Shown: positions 49,407 through 60,393, counted from the first letter of the stretch. The stretch: 64,000 nucleotides of DNA from an uncultured Bacillota bacterium (GCA_963804645.1 CAWDRG010000011.1:128001-192000); one strand, 5' to 3'. Numbers and translations are program-made. The notes: generated from the sequence alone by a model not told the origin.

Positions 49407-49517
49407 CGTTGCTCTGCCTCCCTTTCCGGATTGACGCATCGAGATCATCGTGGACCACTCACGCCGAGTTGGCCGATCCGCGTCCGCGCGGCCTCGCGCA
49501 GACGCGGCTTGCCCTCC

Positions 49518-49545
49518 AGTATACCTGCGCCGGTACGCCTTTCAA
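49518..49545 (-). promoter_or_regulatory. Putative sigma70 promoter for the SBP gene
   Basis: Minus strand TTGAAA-16 bp-TATACT. Confidence 0.45.
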
Positions 49546-49641
49546 AGGGCAAACGCCGGCGGCCGCCCGGAGCGGAACCAGCCGGCGCGGCGGTCCGCTC
49601 CGGCTGGTCGGCGATCTGTCGGGCGCGGTGGGCCGGCACCC

Positions 49642-51072
49642 TTAGGACACGTCCCGGTCCGACTTCCCGCCGAGATCGAGGCGGGACGACACGCTGCCCG
49701 GCGGGAGCTGCGCGGCCAGGACGTCCGGGCTCTGGATCGCACGGGGGATCTCGTCCACCGGGTCCAACTCGGCGATCGCCTCCGTGTCGAACGCCCCCAA
49801 CTCCGAGAACCGTCGGGCCGTGACGAGCACGCGGTTCTCGAGCGCGCCGATCACGCCGTTGTACGTGTGGACGGTGCTGCGCAGCTCGTGCCCCAGCCGG
49901 TTGATGTGTCCCGCGAGCTTCGCGATGCGGTCGTGGAGCTCACGGCCCAAGGCGCTGATACGCCGGGCGTTGTCCGCGACCTGCTCCTGCTGCCACCCAT
50001 GCGCGACCGCCTTGAGGAGCACGATCAGGGTCGCGGGGCTGGCGAGAAACACCCCGGACTGGGCCGCATCTTCCACCAGCGAGGGGTCCAGCCGCAGCGC
50101 CGTGAGATAGAGCGGCTCCGGGAGGAACATGACGACCAGCTCGGGCGTCTGCGCGAACTGCTCCCAGTAGCTCTTCGCGCTGAGCATGCGCATGTGCTCC
50201 CGCACCTCGCGCGCGCTCTCCTGGAGCTGCAGCTCTCGGGCGGCGTCGTCCTCGATCACCATCGCCTGCAGGTACGACGTCAGCGGGGCCTTGCCGTCGA
50301 TCGCGACGTACCGCTCCCCGGGGAGGCGCACGACGACGTCCGGCCGGAAGCGCTCTCTCGGCGTGCCGCCGAGGGTCGGCTGCACTTGGAAGTCCGAGTA
50401 TTCCAGCATGCCGGCGAGCTCGATGACGCGCCGCAGCTGGAGCTCGCCCCACTGCCCCTGCACCGGCGTCGCGCGGAACGCACCGGCCAGCTTCGCCGTT
50501 TCGCGCCGCAGGCCGTCCTGGCTTTCGAGCAGCCCGCGCACCTGATCGCTCAGGTCGTGATACGCGCCCGCGCGTGCCTCTTCGATCGCACGCACCGCCT
50601 CGTTGAACGACTGCAGAGTCTGCTGGATGGGCTGGACGAGCTGCTCGACCGCGGCCTGCTTCGCCTCCAAATCGGACGAGCCGTGCGCCTGCACTTCGCC
50701 CAGCTTCGCCGTGGCCAGCTCGAGGAACGCCGTCTGATTCTGCCGCAGCGCGTCCGCGGACAGGGCCTTGAACGCCTCCCCCAACTGCGTCTGCGCCTGC
50801 TCGAGGAGCGCGGTCTTGCCCTGGGTGAGGAGCGCCAGCTTCTCTTCGACGCTCCGGTGTTCGTGTTCCAGCGCCGTCTTCAGCGATGCCATCTCGACGT
50901 CGCGCTGCGTGAGCGCGATCGACTTGGCACGCATCTCCGTCTGTTCCTGTTCCAGCATCGATTGGGTGCGCGCGACCTGCTCCTTGAGCGCCATCAGCTG
51001 AGTCCGCTGCAGATACCACATCCCTCCGGCTCCCACACCGAGCCCGATCAGCGCGGCCAAGATGATAAACAC
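49642..51072 (-). CDS. rmuC: DNA recombination protein RmuC
   Basis: N-terminal TM and coiled coil; GQWGELQL, RPDVVVRLP, IDGKAPL, VVMFLPE, SPATLIVLLK. Confidence 0.92.
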   Translation of the reverse strand: MFIILAALIGLGVGAGGMWYLQRTQLMALKEQVARTQSMLEQEQTEMRAKSIALTQRDVEMASLKTALEHEHRSVEEKLALLTQGKTALLEQAQTQLGEAFKALSADALRQNQTAFLELATAKLGEVQAHGSSDLEAKQAAVEQLVQPIQQTLQSFNEAVRAIEEARAGAYHDLSDQVRGLLESQDGLRRETAKLAGAFRATPVQGQWGELQLRRVIELAGMLEYSDFQVQPTLGGTPRERFRPDVVVRLPGERYVAIDGKAPLTSYLQAMVIEDDAARELQLQESAREVREHMRMLSAKSYWEQFAQTPELVVMFLPEPLYLTALRLDPSLVEDAAQSGVFLASPATLIVLLKAVAHGWQQEQVADNARRISALGRELHDRIAKLAGHINRLGHELRSTVHTYNGVIGALENRVLVTARRFSELGAFDTEAIAELDPVDEIPRAIQSPDVLAAQLPPGSVSSRLDLGGKSDRDVS

Positions 51073-51355
51073 ACGTCACCCCCCCTGTGTTGACTCCGTC
51101 ACGCGGCCCGTTCGGTTCGGCCGTTCGCCCCCGACCCGGCCTCAACCCCGGTCGGGGGGACCCAGAACTTCCCCATTGCCCCCGCCGCTCCCTGTCTCGT
51201 CGAGGCGCCCGAGGACGCCCCTCCGGGGCCGGGGGGCGGGTGCACGAGGGCCCCACGCGGGGGGCTCGGGGAACGGCGAAGCTAGGGCAACCGGGACCGG
51301 ATCCGCGGCGCCCACCGCCCGCGCGATGCGCGCGGGGGACGCTGGCACAGCCGTG

Positions 51356-52576
51356 TCATCCGGCGACCGGATCGGCGAGCAGGGCGTCGGCCCGCTCGAG
51401 CAGCTCCGCGGTCCGCGACCCGAGCCGTGCCGCAGCGCTTCCCGCGTGCGCGCGCGCCTGGTCCAGCAGGTCGGCCTCCCAGGCCGCCCAGTGCCGGCGC
51501 ACCACGACGCTGCGCGCCTCGGGCTGCGCCTCCACCCACTCTTCCATGCGCTTCAGCCGCCACCACGCGGACGCGGCCGCGTAGTGCCCTTCCCCTATGG
51601 TCAGCGGTGCCGGCAGCGGCACGCCGACCGGAATCGGAAGAAACGCGGTCGTACACGGCGTCGTCATGGCGCACCACGCGATCACGGGGTCGCCGGAACA
51701 CGCGTTCAGCTCCACCACCATGCTCGCCGCCGTCGCGGTCGGATTTTGGCCGGGATGGATGCACACCGAGGGCCGTCCGGCTCCGTTCGGGTGGGGAATG
51801 CGCCCCGTCGCGATGTGGTCACGCAGATGCCGCATCGCTCCCGAGACATCCACGGCGACGGTCCGGTCGAGGTACCGGCAGCTCTGCGCGAAACGGCCCT
51901 CGGCGCCCGCCCGGCGGGCCGGATCCTCGAACGCGGCGCGGAAATCGAGCTTCGTGCCCACGGGCGCGGTCCACCACCCGCGGTCCCTGGCGTACGCCTC
52001 GATGCCGTCGGAGCACTCGTCCCAGTCGTCCCCGATCGTGGCGAGGTTGGAGATCGCCGCGGCGCGGGCCATCCGCTTCGCCACCCAGTGGCGCCGTGAG
52101 GTCTCGAGCACCCAGGCGCCGGCGCGGTCGACGATCATGAAGCTGTTGTGGTAGCGCCGGTCCTGATCCACGGCCGCGCTCCCGCCCTGCCCGTGCTCGT
52201 CGAGCAGGGCCGTCATCACGTCCTTGGCGGTCGCCGCGTCCCGTGCCCGCTCCAGCGCGAGCCGGACGAGGTCCATGCCGAGCAGACCGGTCGCGTCGAC
52301 GTCGTCGCGCGTGAAGAGCGCCGTGTTGCCGATGGCGACGCCGGCTTCGTTCACCCCGTGCTCGAACCCCCACAGCCACCACGGGCGGCTGCCGAGGACC
52401 GCCAGGGTGTGCGGCGCCTGATCGATCTCGAGGTACTGACACCGCACGGTCGACCCCGGATCGTAGGACCGGTGCGGCGCATGATACAGCGGCTGGCACT
52501 CAAAGGCGGGGCGGTCGCTGTTCTTGGCGAAAATCGTCCCGCGCTCGTTCCGAGCGGCTATCACGTCACAGCCCAT
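51356..52576 (-). CDS. Peptidase C69/secernin-like Ntn hydrolase
   Basis: MGCD (N-terminal Cys), FAKNSDR, EHGVNEAGVAIGN, GMDLVRLALER. Confidence 0.87.
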   Translation of the reverse strand: MGCDVIAARNERGTIFAKNSDRPAFECQPLYHAPHRSYDPGSTVRCQYLEIDQAPHTLAVLGSRPWWLWGFEHGVNEAGVAIGNTALFTRDDVDATGLLGMDLVRLALERARDAATAKDVMTALLDEHGQGGSAAVDQDRRYHNSFMIVDRAGAWVLETSRRHWVAKRMARAAAISNLATIGDDWDECSDGIEAYARDRGWWTAPVGTKLDFRAAFEDPARRAGAEGRFAQSCRYLDRTVAVDVSGAMRHLRDHIATGRIPHPNGAGRPSVCIHPGQNPTATAASMVVELNACSGDPVIAWCAMTTPCTTAFLPIPVGVPLPAPLTIGEGHYAAASAWWRLKRMEEWVEAQPEARSVVVRRHWAAWEADLLDQARAHAGSAAARLGSRTAELLERADALLADPVAG

Positions 52577-52705
52577 CGACGCTCCCCCGATCCACGCTGT
52601 CCCGGTCCCGCCGGGGCCGGGCGCGGTCTCTGGTGACGCCGCTCTTCCCCGACACGGACCCGCTCCCCTGCCGCCGCGCCCCAGCGCACGAGCACGGCGC
52701 GCGGG

Positions 52706-53881
52706 TCACACGTACGGGACCACACCCCGTCCGGCACCCGTCGAGAATCGCGTCGGGGCAAACAGCGCGATGTCGTGCCGCGTCTCCCCGGACATCGCGA
52801 GGTCCGCCAAGATCTCCCCGACGACGCTCGCGAACTTGAACCCGTGCCCCGAGAATCCGGCGGCCACGGCGCATTGGGGCGCAGCCGGATGCGTCCCGAT
52901 CACAAAATTGAGGTCAGGGGTGTTCGTGTACAGGCAGGTCTTCGCGGCGATGCAGGGCCCGGCGAGCGTCGGCAGGCACTGCGCGAGATGCGCCCGCATC
53001 TGCTCGATCTCGGCGTCACCCACGCGCCGGTCGATCGTCTCGGGTGTGCACGGGCTCATCACCAGCGAGAACGCGACTTTCGCGCCGCCGCGCGGGCCGT
53101 CGTGGGCGGGAAATCCGTAGAAGCGTTCGCCGCCGTGAGGAATGCACACGTGGATCGGGAAGCGGTCCGGGAGAAACGGCGTCGTGCCCCCGACCGGGTC
53201 AAACCAAAACATCACCACGCGCGCGATCGCGAACGGGAGCTCCAACCGGGCCGCGGCGCCGAGGACCCAGGCGCCGGGCGTGAGGACGAGGCGCGCGGCC
53301 TCGTAGACGCCCGCCGGGGTCACGACGCGGACGCGATCGCCGGACGGCAGCGCCTCCCACCGCAGGACAGGCTCGTTGAACCGAAGGTCCGCCCCGTGCC
53401 GGGCGGCCTGACCGAGGGACGCGCGGACCGCCGCTTCGGGATGGAGGAACCCCGCGCCCGGCTCGTAGACCCCGACCATGTCGGGGGTCGGCGCGAACGG
53501 CGGAAACCGGCGGCGGATCTCACCGGGATCCAGCTGCTCGTGCGCGATGCCAAACTCCTCGGCGCTGCGCAGCCCGCCCTCGATGACGCTGTGGTCCGGG
53601 CGCCCCATCGCCAGCCCGCCGGTGATGGTCAGCAGCGACTCTCCGCTCTGGCGTTCAAGCTGCCGCCACAGCTCAAACGCGCGGTGCAGGAGCCGCACGT
53701 ACCCCCGTTCTTTGTACAGCGTCATCCGGATGATGCGCGATCCGCCGTGGCTCGATCCGCGGTCGTGGGCCTCGGTGTACTGTTCGAGCCCCAAGACGCG
53801 CTGGCCCCGCGCCGCGAGCTGGTGCGCGGCGGCGCTGCCCATCGCGCCGAGCCCGGCGACGATCACATCGAACGTGGCCAT
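52706..53881 (-). CDS. solA: Monomeric sarcosine oxidase / N-methyltryptophan oxidase family
   Basis: GLGAMGS, GSSHGGSRIIR, KTCLYT (covalent FAD Cys), SGHGFKF. Confidence 0.87.
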   Translation of the reverse strand: MATFDVIVAGLGAMGSAAAHQLAARGQRVLGLEQYTEAHDRGSSHGGSRIIRMTLYKERGYVRLLHRAFELWRQLERQSGESLLTITGGLAMGRPDHSVIEGGLRSAEEFGIAHEQLDPGEIRRRFPPFAPTPDMVGVYEPGAGFLHPEAAVRASLGQAARHGADLRFNEPVLRWEALPSGDRVRVVTPAGVYEAARLVLTPGAWVLGAAARLELPFAIARVVMFWFDPVGGTTPFLPDRFPIHVCIPHGGERFYGFPAHDGPRGGAKVAFSLVMSPCTPETIDRRVGDAEIEQMRAHLAQCLPTLAGPCIAAKTCLYTNTPDLNFVIGTHPAAPQCAVAAGFSGHGFKFASVVGEILADLAMSGETRHDIALFAPTRFSTGAGRGVVPYV

Positions 53882-53915
53882 CCGCATCCCTCCATGCCGC
53901 GCCGCGCGGCGCCCC

Positions 53916-54971
53916 TCAGGCACCGACGACGGCGGCGATCACGGCCAGCGCGTTGTCACGATAGATCTTGCGGAGATCTCCCTCGGACAGCCCGCGCCGC
54001 CGCAGCTCCGCGGTGAGCCCGGGCAGGTCCTCCGAGTTCTCCATGCCCGCAAACGTCGAGCGCACTCTGCCCGGCTTCGGCTGGCCGTCGAGGTCCGCGA
54101 TGCCCTGCGCGGCCGCGATGACGCGCTGATACCGGTAGAAGTCGGCGCCGATGCTGACGTGGTCGACGCCGGCCACCTCGATAAGGTGCTCGATGTGGTC
54201 GACCCACAGCGCGATCGTCGGGTCCTGCTCCGAGATGAAGCTGGCGACGGCCACCGCGCCGACGACCCCGCCGGACGCCGCGATCGCCCGAATCACGTCA
54301 TCGGTGAGGTTGCGCGGATGGCGCTGCAGGGCCCGGGCGTTCGCGTGGCTGGCGATCACCGGCTTCGTGGACACCTCAAGGATGTCGCGGGTCGTCTCGT
54401 CAGACCCGTGGGACACGTCCACGACGATGCCGAGACGGTTCATCTCCGCGACCGCGCGCCGGCCGATCGCGGTCAGACCGCCGCGATCCTCGTGCTCCCA
54501 ATCCCCGACGCCGAACATCGTCCGGCGCGCCCACGTGACCGAGACCATGCGCAGCCCGAGGCGGTGCAGCAGGCGGAGCGTCGACAGATCCTGCCCGAGG
54601 GGCTCGGCGCCCTCCAGCGCCAGCAGCACGGCGACCTTGCCCGCCCGGTTGATGCGTTCGATGTCGGCGGTCGAGCGCGCGACTTCGATGTCGTCCCGGT
54701 TGTCGTCGATCTCCGTGAGCAGGCCGTCGAGCGACCAGACCGCGTGGCGGAGCGCCGCTTCCGGGACATAGACCGATGGGGTGAAGATCGCCGCCACCAC
54801 GGTGCCGACGCCGCCCGCGCGAAACCGGGGCAGCCAGTAGGTCCTGAGCGAGTCGTAGACCCCGTCGAATCGCTGCTTGAGGATGGCGACGGGAAAATCG
54901 TCGTGCAGGTTCACGATCCCGATCTTCCGCGTGAGTGCCGCGTCCGCCTCGGTGAAGTACTCGCTGCTCAT
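53916..54971 (-). CDS. Membrane dipeptidase (M19) family
   Basis: LHDD, LEG, EMNRLGIVVDVSH, ASHAN, IGADF. Confidence 0.88.
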   Translation of the reverse strand: MSSEYFTEADAALTRKIGIVNLHDDFPVAILKQRFDGVYDSLRTYWLPRFRAGGVGTVVAAIFTPSVYVPEAALRHAVWSLDGLLTEIDDNRDDIEVARSTADIERINRAGKVAVLLALEGAEPLGQDLSTLRLLHRLGLRMVSVTWARRTMFGVGDWEHEDRGGLTAIGRRAVAEMNRLGIVVDVSHGSDETTRDILEVSTKPVIASHANARALQRHPRNLTDDVIRAIAASGGVVGAVAVASFISEQDPTIALWVDHIEHLIEVAGVDHVSIGADFYRYQRVIAAAQGIADLDGQPKPGRVRSTFAGMENSEDLPGLTAELRRRGLSEGDLRKIYRDNALAVIAAVVGA

Positions 54972-55042
54972 CGTTCCTCCCCCATCGTCACGTCCCGCGT
55001 CGAACCGACGAACACCCCGCCGCCCCGGCCGGTCGCGGCGGC

Positions 55043-56050
55043 TCACTCGGTCGCGACGGTCACGACCGCGCCGCCGCGCTCGATGCTCGCATACGCCGCG
55101 TCGAGCACCGCGACGCTGTGAAACGCGTCCGCGGCCGTCACCGGCGGCGGACCGTGGCCGAGGCACGCGTCGATGAACGCGCGGTCCTCGTCCACGTAGC
55201 CCCACCGATCGAGCTCGCCCGCCGACGGCAGCTGCTGCCATGGGGCGTGCGGCTGCTCGCGCGTCGTCACCCGCACGCGATCCAGATCCTCGGACACGGC
55301 GAGCGCGTGGTCCCCGTACAGCTCGACGCGCTCCTGGGGCGCGGCCCACGACGCGTGCCCGCACGTGGTGAACGCCACCGGACGTCCCCCGGGACACCGC
55401 AGCAGCATCGCAATGTCGTCGTAGTCAGGGTAGCAGCTCCGCCGACCGAGCGCGGACACGCTCTCCACCGGACCGATCAGCCACGCCACCATGTCGACGA
55501 GGTGGATCGCCGTGTCGTACATGAAGCCCCCGCAGACCGCCACATTCGTGTACCAGCTCGGGGTCAGCATGTCGCCGTCGTTCATCTTCACGTTCGCCGA
55601 CATGGGGACGAACCCCGCGTCGATCTGCCGCTTGAGAAACCGGTACGCGGGCGACCATCGTCGATTGAACCCCATCTGGTAGACGCGTCCGCTGCCCTTC
55701 GCGCGCGCCGCGACCCTCCGGGCGTCTGCGAGGGTGATCGCCATCGGCTTCTCGGAAAAAACGTGCAGCCCCCGGTCGAACGCCTCACACACCAGCGCCG
55801 CGTGATACACGTTCGGCAGCGTGATAAACACGGCGTCGATGCCCAGCTCCGCCAATGCTGCGAGCGTGGCACACGGGCGCGCCCCGACCGACTCGGCGGC
55901 CTCCCGGGCCACCGCAGCGGCCCCATCGGCGACGCCCGCGATCGTGACGCGCGGATCGGCCGCGAGCACGCTGAGGTGCCGTCTGCCCATCGTGCCCGCG
56001 CCGACCAGCCCCACCCGGATCACCACAGACCGATCACTCCCTTCCTGCAC
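55043..56050 (-). CDS. Gfo/Idh/MocA-family oxidoreductase
   Basis: VGAGTMG, EKPMA, GFNRR, DTAIH. Confidence 0.88.
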   Translation of the reverse strand: MQEGSDRSVVIRVGLVGAGTMGRRHLSVLAADPRVTIAGVADGAAAVAREAAESVGARPCATLAALAELGIDAVFITLPNVYHAALVCEAFDRGLHVFSEKPMAITLADARRVAARAKGSGRVYQMGFNRRWSPAYRFLKRQIDAGFVPMSANVKMNDGDMLTPSWYTNVAVCGGFMYDTAIHLVDMVAWLIGPVESVSALGRRSCYPDYDDIAMLLRCPGGRPVAFTTCGHASWAAPQERVELYGDHALAVSEDLDRVRVTTREQPHAPWQQLPSAGELDRWGYVDEDRAFIDACLGHGPPPVTAADAFHSVAVLDAAYASIERGGAVVTVATE

Positions 56051-56106
56051 GCCGCCGCGGTGATCCGAACGCCCCGCGTGTCTCGTGCCGTCGCACGCAC
56101 GGACGG

Positions 56107-57264
56107 CTACCGTCCCGGCGCGACCGGCAAGGGATCGACGCCGGACCCGACGGAGACCCGCCGTCCGGTCTCGGCCGCGAGCAGGAGCGCGTCGCAGACC
56201 CGCGCGCTTGCCGCTCCATCCTCGAACGTGGCGCCGACCTGCTCGCCGCCGGCCTCGACGGCTCGGCGGACGAATTCGTCAAATTGGTGGACGAAGGTGT
56301 GCTCCCACCCGATGATATGGCCCGGCGGCCACCAGCGCCCGCCGAACGGGTGGTCCCGTTCGGTCACGAGCACGTCGGCGAGCCCGCGCGCGGGACCGTC
56401 GCCGTGGTAGACGCGCAGCTCGTTGAGGCGCTCCAGATCGAATACCAGCGTGCCGCGCTCCCCGTTGATCTCGAACCACAGGTGATTCTTGCGGCCCGGA
56501 CACATCCCGCTCGCCTCCAGCGTCCCCACGGCGCCGGCGTGAAACTCCAGCGTCGCGACGACGGCGTCGTCCACGGTGACCGGCCGATCGGCCCCCCCGT
56601 CCGGTCGCTGCGCCGTATACGTGCGCGTGGACGCCGTGACGGCCGCGATCGGGCCGGCGAGGAAATGCGCGACATCGATCGCGTGCGATGCGAGATCTCC
56701 GATGACACCGCTGCCTGCCGCGTCGCGGTCGTGACGCCAGGTGAACGGCGCGGTCGGATCGAGCAGGGAGTCGTCGCTGTACCGGCTCCGAAAGTGGTAC
56801 AGGCGTCCGAGGCTCCCGTCAAGGAGCAGGCGACGGGCGAGCAGGACGGCGGGGACAAACCGGTAGTTGAAGCCGGTCATCGCCGCACGCCCCGACTCAC
56901 GGGCCGCCCGCGTCATCGCGGCGGCCTCTCCGCCCGTGCGGGCCAGCGGCTTCTCGCACAGGACGGCCTTGCCGGCCCGCAGGGCGGCGATGCTCGGTTC
57001 GGCGTGAAGGCTGGTGGGCCCGACATTGATCACCGCGTCGATCGCCGGGTCGTCGATGGTCGCATGCCAGTCCGTCGTCCCGCGCTCGGCGCCGAGACGC
57101 GCCGCCGCGGCCGCGGCACTCGCCGCGGTCCGACCCACGACGGCGACGATCCGGCCGGTCGCGGGCGCTTCGGGAAAGGCGTCGGCGTGCCGGCGGACCG
57201 CCGACACGTGCGCACGTGCGATGCCGCCGTGGCCGAGCACGGCGATCCCGAGGATGCGCGTCAT
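56107..57264 (-). CDS. Gfo/Idh/MocA-family oxidoreductase
   Basis: LGHGGIA, CEKPL, GFNYRFVPA, DLASH, WWPPGHIIGWEHTF. Confidence 0.88.
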   Translation of the reverse strand: MTRILGIAVLGHGGIARAHVSAVRRHADAFPEAPATGRIVAVVGRTAASAAAAAARLGAERGTTDWHATIDDPAIDAVINVGPTSLHAEPSIAALRAGKAVLCEKPLARTGGEAAAMTRAARESGRAAMTGFNYRFVPAVLLARRLLLDGSLGRLYHFRSRYSDDSLLDPTAPFTWRHDRDAAGSGVIGDLASHAIDVAHFLAGPIAAVTASTRTYTAQRPDGGADRPVTVDDAVVATLEFHAGAVGTLEASGMCPGRKNHLWFEINGERGTLVFDLERLNELRVYHGDGPARGLADVLVTERDHPFGGRWWPPGHIIGWEHTFVHQFDEFVRRAVEAGGEQVGATFEDGAASARVCDALLLAAETGRRVSVGSGVDPLPVAPGR

Positions 57265-57450
57265 CGACCGCATCCCGGCCGCGGCCGATCGACCGCGCCG
57301 GGCCGCGCCGAGTCGATGGCAGCGGCGGACGGACGCGCGGTGCGCCGCGCCCGTGCGGTCTCTCGCATGCCCCATGCCTGGTTCACACGCTCACCTCCAA
57401 CGAGATCCCCGTGTGCCGAAGCGTTGCCTCTCGCGTCGCACGCGCGATCG

Positions 57451-57858
57451 TCATCGACGAGTGGGAGAGTCGGGACGGACGGCGAACCTGCTCGCCCGAA
57501 CGCCCGCGCCGCACCATGCCGCCAGGGCCCCGTGAAAGACCACCGCGGGCCACAGCGCCCACCCGCGCAGGCCCACGAGACCGGCGTAGATGAGCAGGAC
57601 AGCGACAGCCGCGTTGTAGATCCACATCGCCGCCAACAAGCCGGTGGCGGCATGACTCCCCGCGTCGTTGCGCACCAGCCAGCAGGCCGCGCCCAACGAG
57701 CAGAGCGCGATCCCGGCGAGACGGGCCACGACCAGCGCGAGCGGCGTGTCGAGCGGTGCGCCGAGCAGGACCATGCTCACGACAGACGGGACCACGAGCA
57801 GCGCCAGCCCGGCCAGCATCTCGGCCACCGCCATCACGACGAGCAGCGTTCTCGTCAC
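57451..57858 (-). CDS. Small hypothetical membrane protein (about 4 TM)
   Basis: GGGGAGGG RBS; four hydrophobic segments; LWPAVVFH. Confidence 0.7.
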   Translation of the reverse strand: MTRTLLVVMAVAEMLAGLALLVVPSVVSMVLLGAPLDTPLALVVARLAGIALCSLGAACWLVRNDAGSHAATGLLAAMWIYNAAVAVLLIYAGLVGLRGWALWPAVVFHGALAAWCGAGVRASRFAVRPDSPTRR

Positions 57859-58260
57859 TGTGCCCTCCCCGCTTCGTTGGACGACGTGCCCGTCTGCGCC
57901 GACCCGGCAGCGCGCGTGCCCCCCGGGATCGAACGTACCTGGCTCCAGTTCGGCGGCGGCGGGGTCTCACCCCGTTTCCGCCGAACGCCGCGTGCCCCGC
58001 CCCGGTCGATTCCGAACCTGGCCGCAGTGAGGATTCAGCCCGGTCGACGTGATTCCATTTCGCGATGGGCACGAATGAGGGCGCCCCGGGCTTGCCCCCG
58101 CCGTGACACCGTCACGATGTCTTCCTTAAGAAGAAGCTGCGGAGGCGGTCCGCTCGGCGCCGTAGACCCGCGGCACGAGTGCGGCGCCGCGCCGCCAACT
58201 CCGGGCGCACCGGGCACCTCCGTGTTCGTGCGTGGCTGGGAGGACCCCGAACGAGGCGCC

Positions 58261-59625
58261 ATGAACTCGTCATCACCGCCGCGGGCGCCGCGTCCTCGCC
58301 CGCCATCTCGGTCAGGGACCTCCGACACGACTCGCACAACCGAGATCCGCCTGGTGTACCTCGCCGGCCTCATCCAAGGGCTGGCCTTGGTGACATTTCC
58401 GGCCGCGAGTTCCATCCTCACCAGCCCGCGGGTGTACGGCCTCAGTGAGACCCAGTACGGGGCGATGTTCCTCCCGCAGGTTGCCCTGGCCATCGTGGCA
58501 TCGGCCGCAGCCCCGGCGCTGGCGCGCCGGTGGGGGCTCAAGCGGGTGTTTCTATTGGGACTCGGCGCCAACCTGGCGTCGATGATGCTCTTGGCGGGAA
58601 GCCGACTGCTCGTGTCCTCGCCGGCCGTGGCGTACGGCGCGCTGCTGGTGGCCACCGGGGTGCTTGGAGGAGGGTTCGGCGTCACCGTCATGACGCTGAA
58701 CACCTTCGCGCAGGAGTACTTTCCCGCCGCAGCCGACCGCGCGGTGCTGGCGATGAACGTCCTGCTCGGAGTTGGCACGACGCTCGGTCCGGCCCTCGTC
58801 GCCGTGTTTCTCGCGTTGGGCGCCTGGTGGCTGCTGCCGATTCTCACGGCGGCCGCGCTGCTCTGCCTCTTGGACATCAGCCTGCAGGCGTCGCTCACGC
58901 CCCACCCGCGGCCGACCGCCGACGCCGGAGGCCCCGCGCGATCTCCGGAGCGGCGTGCCGGCCGTCTCCCACGGCGGTTCTGGCTCTACGCCGGCGCCGT
59001 CCTGCTCTACGGCGTGATCGAGACGCTCTGCGGCAATTGGTCCACGCTGTACCTGATCCGTGAGCGACACGTGCCGACGCCGTCGGCATCACTCGCGCTA
59101 ACGATCTTTTGGGCGATGATGACCCTGGGACGGGTCGGCGCCGCGTTCCTGTCGACCAGAATCGCCGCACGGTGGATCTATCTCGTCCATCCCGTCGTGA
59201 TGCTGGTCGCGCTCCTGGTCGTGTCCCGCGCCACGACGACGGCCGGCGGCATCGCGGCGTTCGGTCTGGCGGGGCTCGCGTGCTCGGCCTTTCTCCCGTT
59301 GAGCATCAGCCTCGGAGGACAAGCGTTCTCGGATCTGACGGCGGTCGTATCGGGACAGCTGATCGCGTTCTATCAGATCGGCTACGGGATCGCGGCGTTC
59401 GGCGTGGGACCGCTGCGGATGGCGACCGGCGCCTCCCTCTCGACGATCTATGCCGGCGCCGCGGCGGCGGCCGCCGCGCTGGCCGTGCTCGCCGTGCGCA
59501 TCACCGTTCGGCCGCCAGACGGCCGCTGGCGACGGCGGCCGTCGCCGATCGTCCGACACCCCCAAACATCTGACCGTCGCGACGCAGCGTCCAACGCGCC
59601 CGACCCGCCTCGACGTCCCGCGTAA
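58261..59625 (+). CDS. MFS transporter
   Basis: About 12 hydrophobic segments with LARRWGLKR motif-A-like loop; only the 3' part of the 1113-aa track ORF looks coding. Confidence 0.85.
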   Translation: MNSSSPPRAPRPRPPSRSGTSDTTRTTEIRLVYLAGLIQGLALVTFPAASSILTSPRVYGLSETQYGAMFLPQVALAIVASAAAPALARRWGLKRVFLLGLGANLASMMLLAGSRLLVSSPAVAYGALLVATGVLGGGFGVTVMTLNTFAQEYFPAAADRAVLAMNVLLGVGTTLGPALVAVFLALGAWWLLPILTAAALLCLLDISLQASLTPHPRPTADAGGPARSPERRAGRLPRRFWLYAGAVLLYGVIETLCGNWSTLYLIRERHVPTPSASLALTIFWAMMTLGRVGAAFLSTRIAARWIYLVHPVVMLVALLVVSRATTTAGGIAAFGLAGLACSAFLPLSISLGGQAFSDLTAVVSGQLIAFYQIGYGIAAFGVGPLRMATGASLSTIYAGAAAAAAALAVLAVRITVRPPDGRWRRRPSPIVRHPQTSDRRDAASNAPDPPRRPA

Positions 59626-59739
59626 GAATCGCCCCCGGCACCGGGTTCCTCCCCGGCATCCCAAATTACTATCCCGACCCTATAGGCATGCCAGGCCCGG
59701 ATGGGTACGCTGATTGGAAATCGACACGCCGGAGACTGC

Positions 59740-60393
59740 ATGCCCACAGTTCAGAACTGCATGATTGCCCGGGCCGTGGTGTTGCCCGCCGACGCCACCG
59801 TGGGCGACGCGGTCGCGCACATGCGCGCTGAGGCGGTCGGGCGTCTCTGCGTCGTCGATCACGACCGGCTGGTCGGGATTGTGACGCGGTCGGATCTGAT
59901 GGGTGTCCTGCCGAGCGCGCCGACGGCCGATGCCGCGGAGGCGCAGGCGTTCTGGATGACCCCGGTGACGGCTGTGATGACGCCTCGTCCGATCGTCGTG
60001 GGGCCGGCCACCTCGGTCGCCACGGCCGCCAGACTCCTGCAGCGGCACCGCATCCAGGCGCTGCCCGTCGTGGATCGTGGCGCGCTGGTGGGCATCATCA
60101 CCACGCAGGACATCGTCGACGCCCTCGGTCACCATGTCGGCAGCGATATCCGCGGGGCGCAGATGTCGGTGGCACTCCCCAACGACCTGGCGGACCTGCA
60201 TCGGCTCACGGACGCCCTGGTCGCCTTGAAGGACGTGCTGTTCCCGCTGGCGCTGACGGTGCGGCTCAGCAAACACGAACGGCTCGCCCGGCTGATCGTC
60301 GGGACTGCCGAACCGCTCCGGGTCGCGGAGGAGCTCGCCGCGGCGGGCTTCAAGGTGTCCGGGCTCCGCGCCGACCCGGGGGCCTCCGCCTAG
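59740..60393 (+). CDS. CBS-pair domain protein (AcuB-like)
   Basis: Two CBS repeats (LVGIVTRSDL, LVGIITTQDI) plus an ACT-like tail. Confidence 0.8.
   Translation: MPTVQNCMIARAVVLPADATVGDAVAHMRAEAVGRLCVVDHDRLVGIVTRSDLMGVLPSAPTADAAEAQAFWMTPVTAVMTPRPIVVGPATSVATAARLLQRHRIQALPVVDRGALVGIITTQDIVDALGHHVGSDIRGAQMSVALPNDLADLHRLTDALVALKDVLFPLALTVRLSKHERLARLIVGTAEPLRVAEELAAAGFKVSGLRADPGASA

Noticed and set aside
56284..58260. N-terminal 659 aa of the 1113-aa ORF, suggesting a giant MFS fusion
   Set aside because: Antisense to two real genes and low complexity; the MFS starts at ATG 58261.
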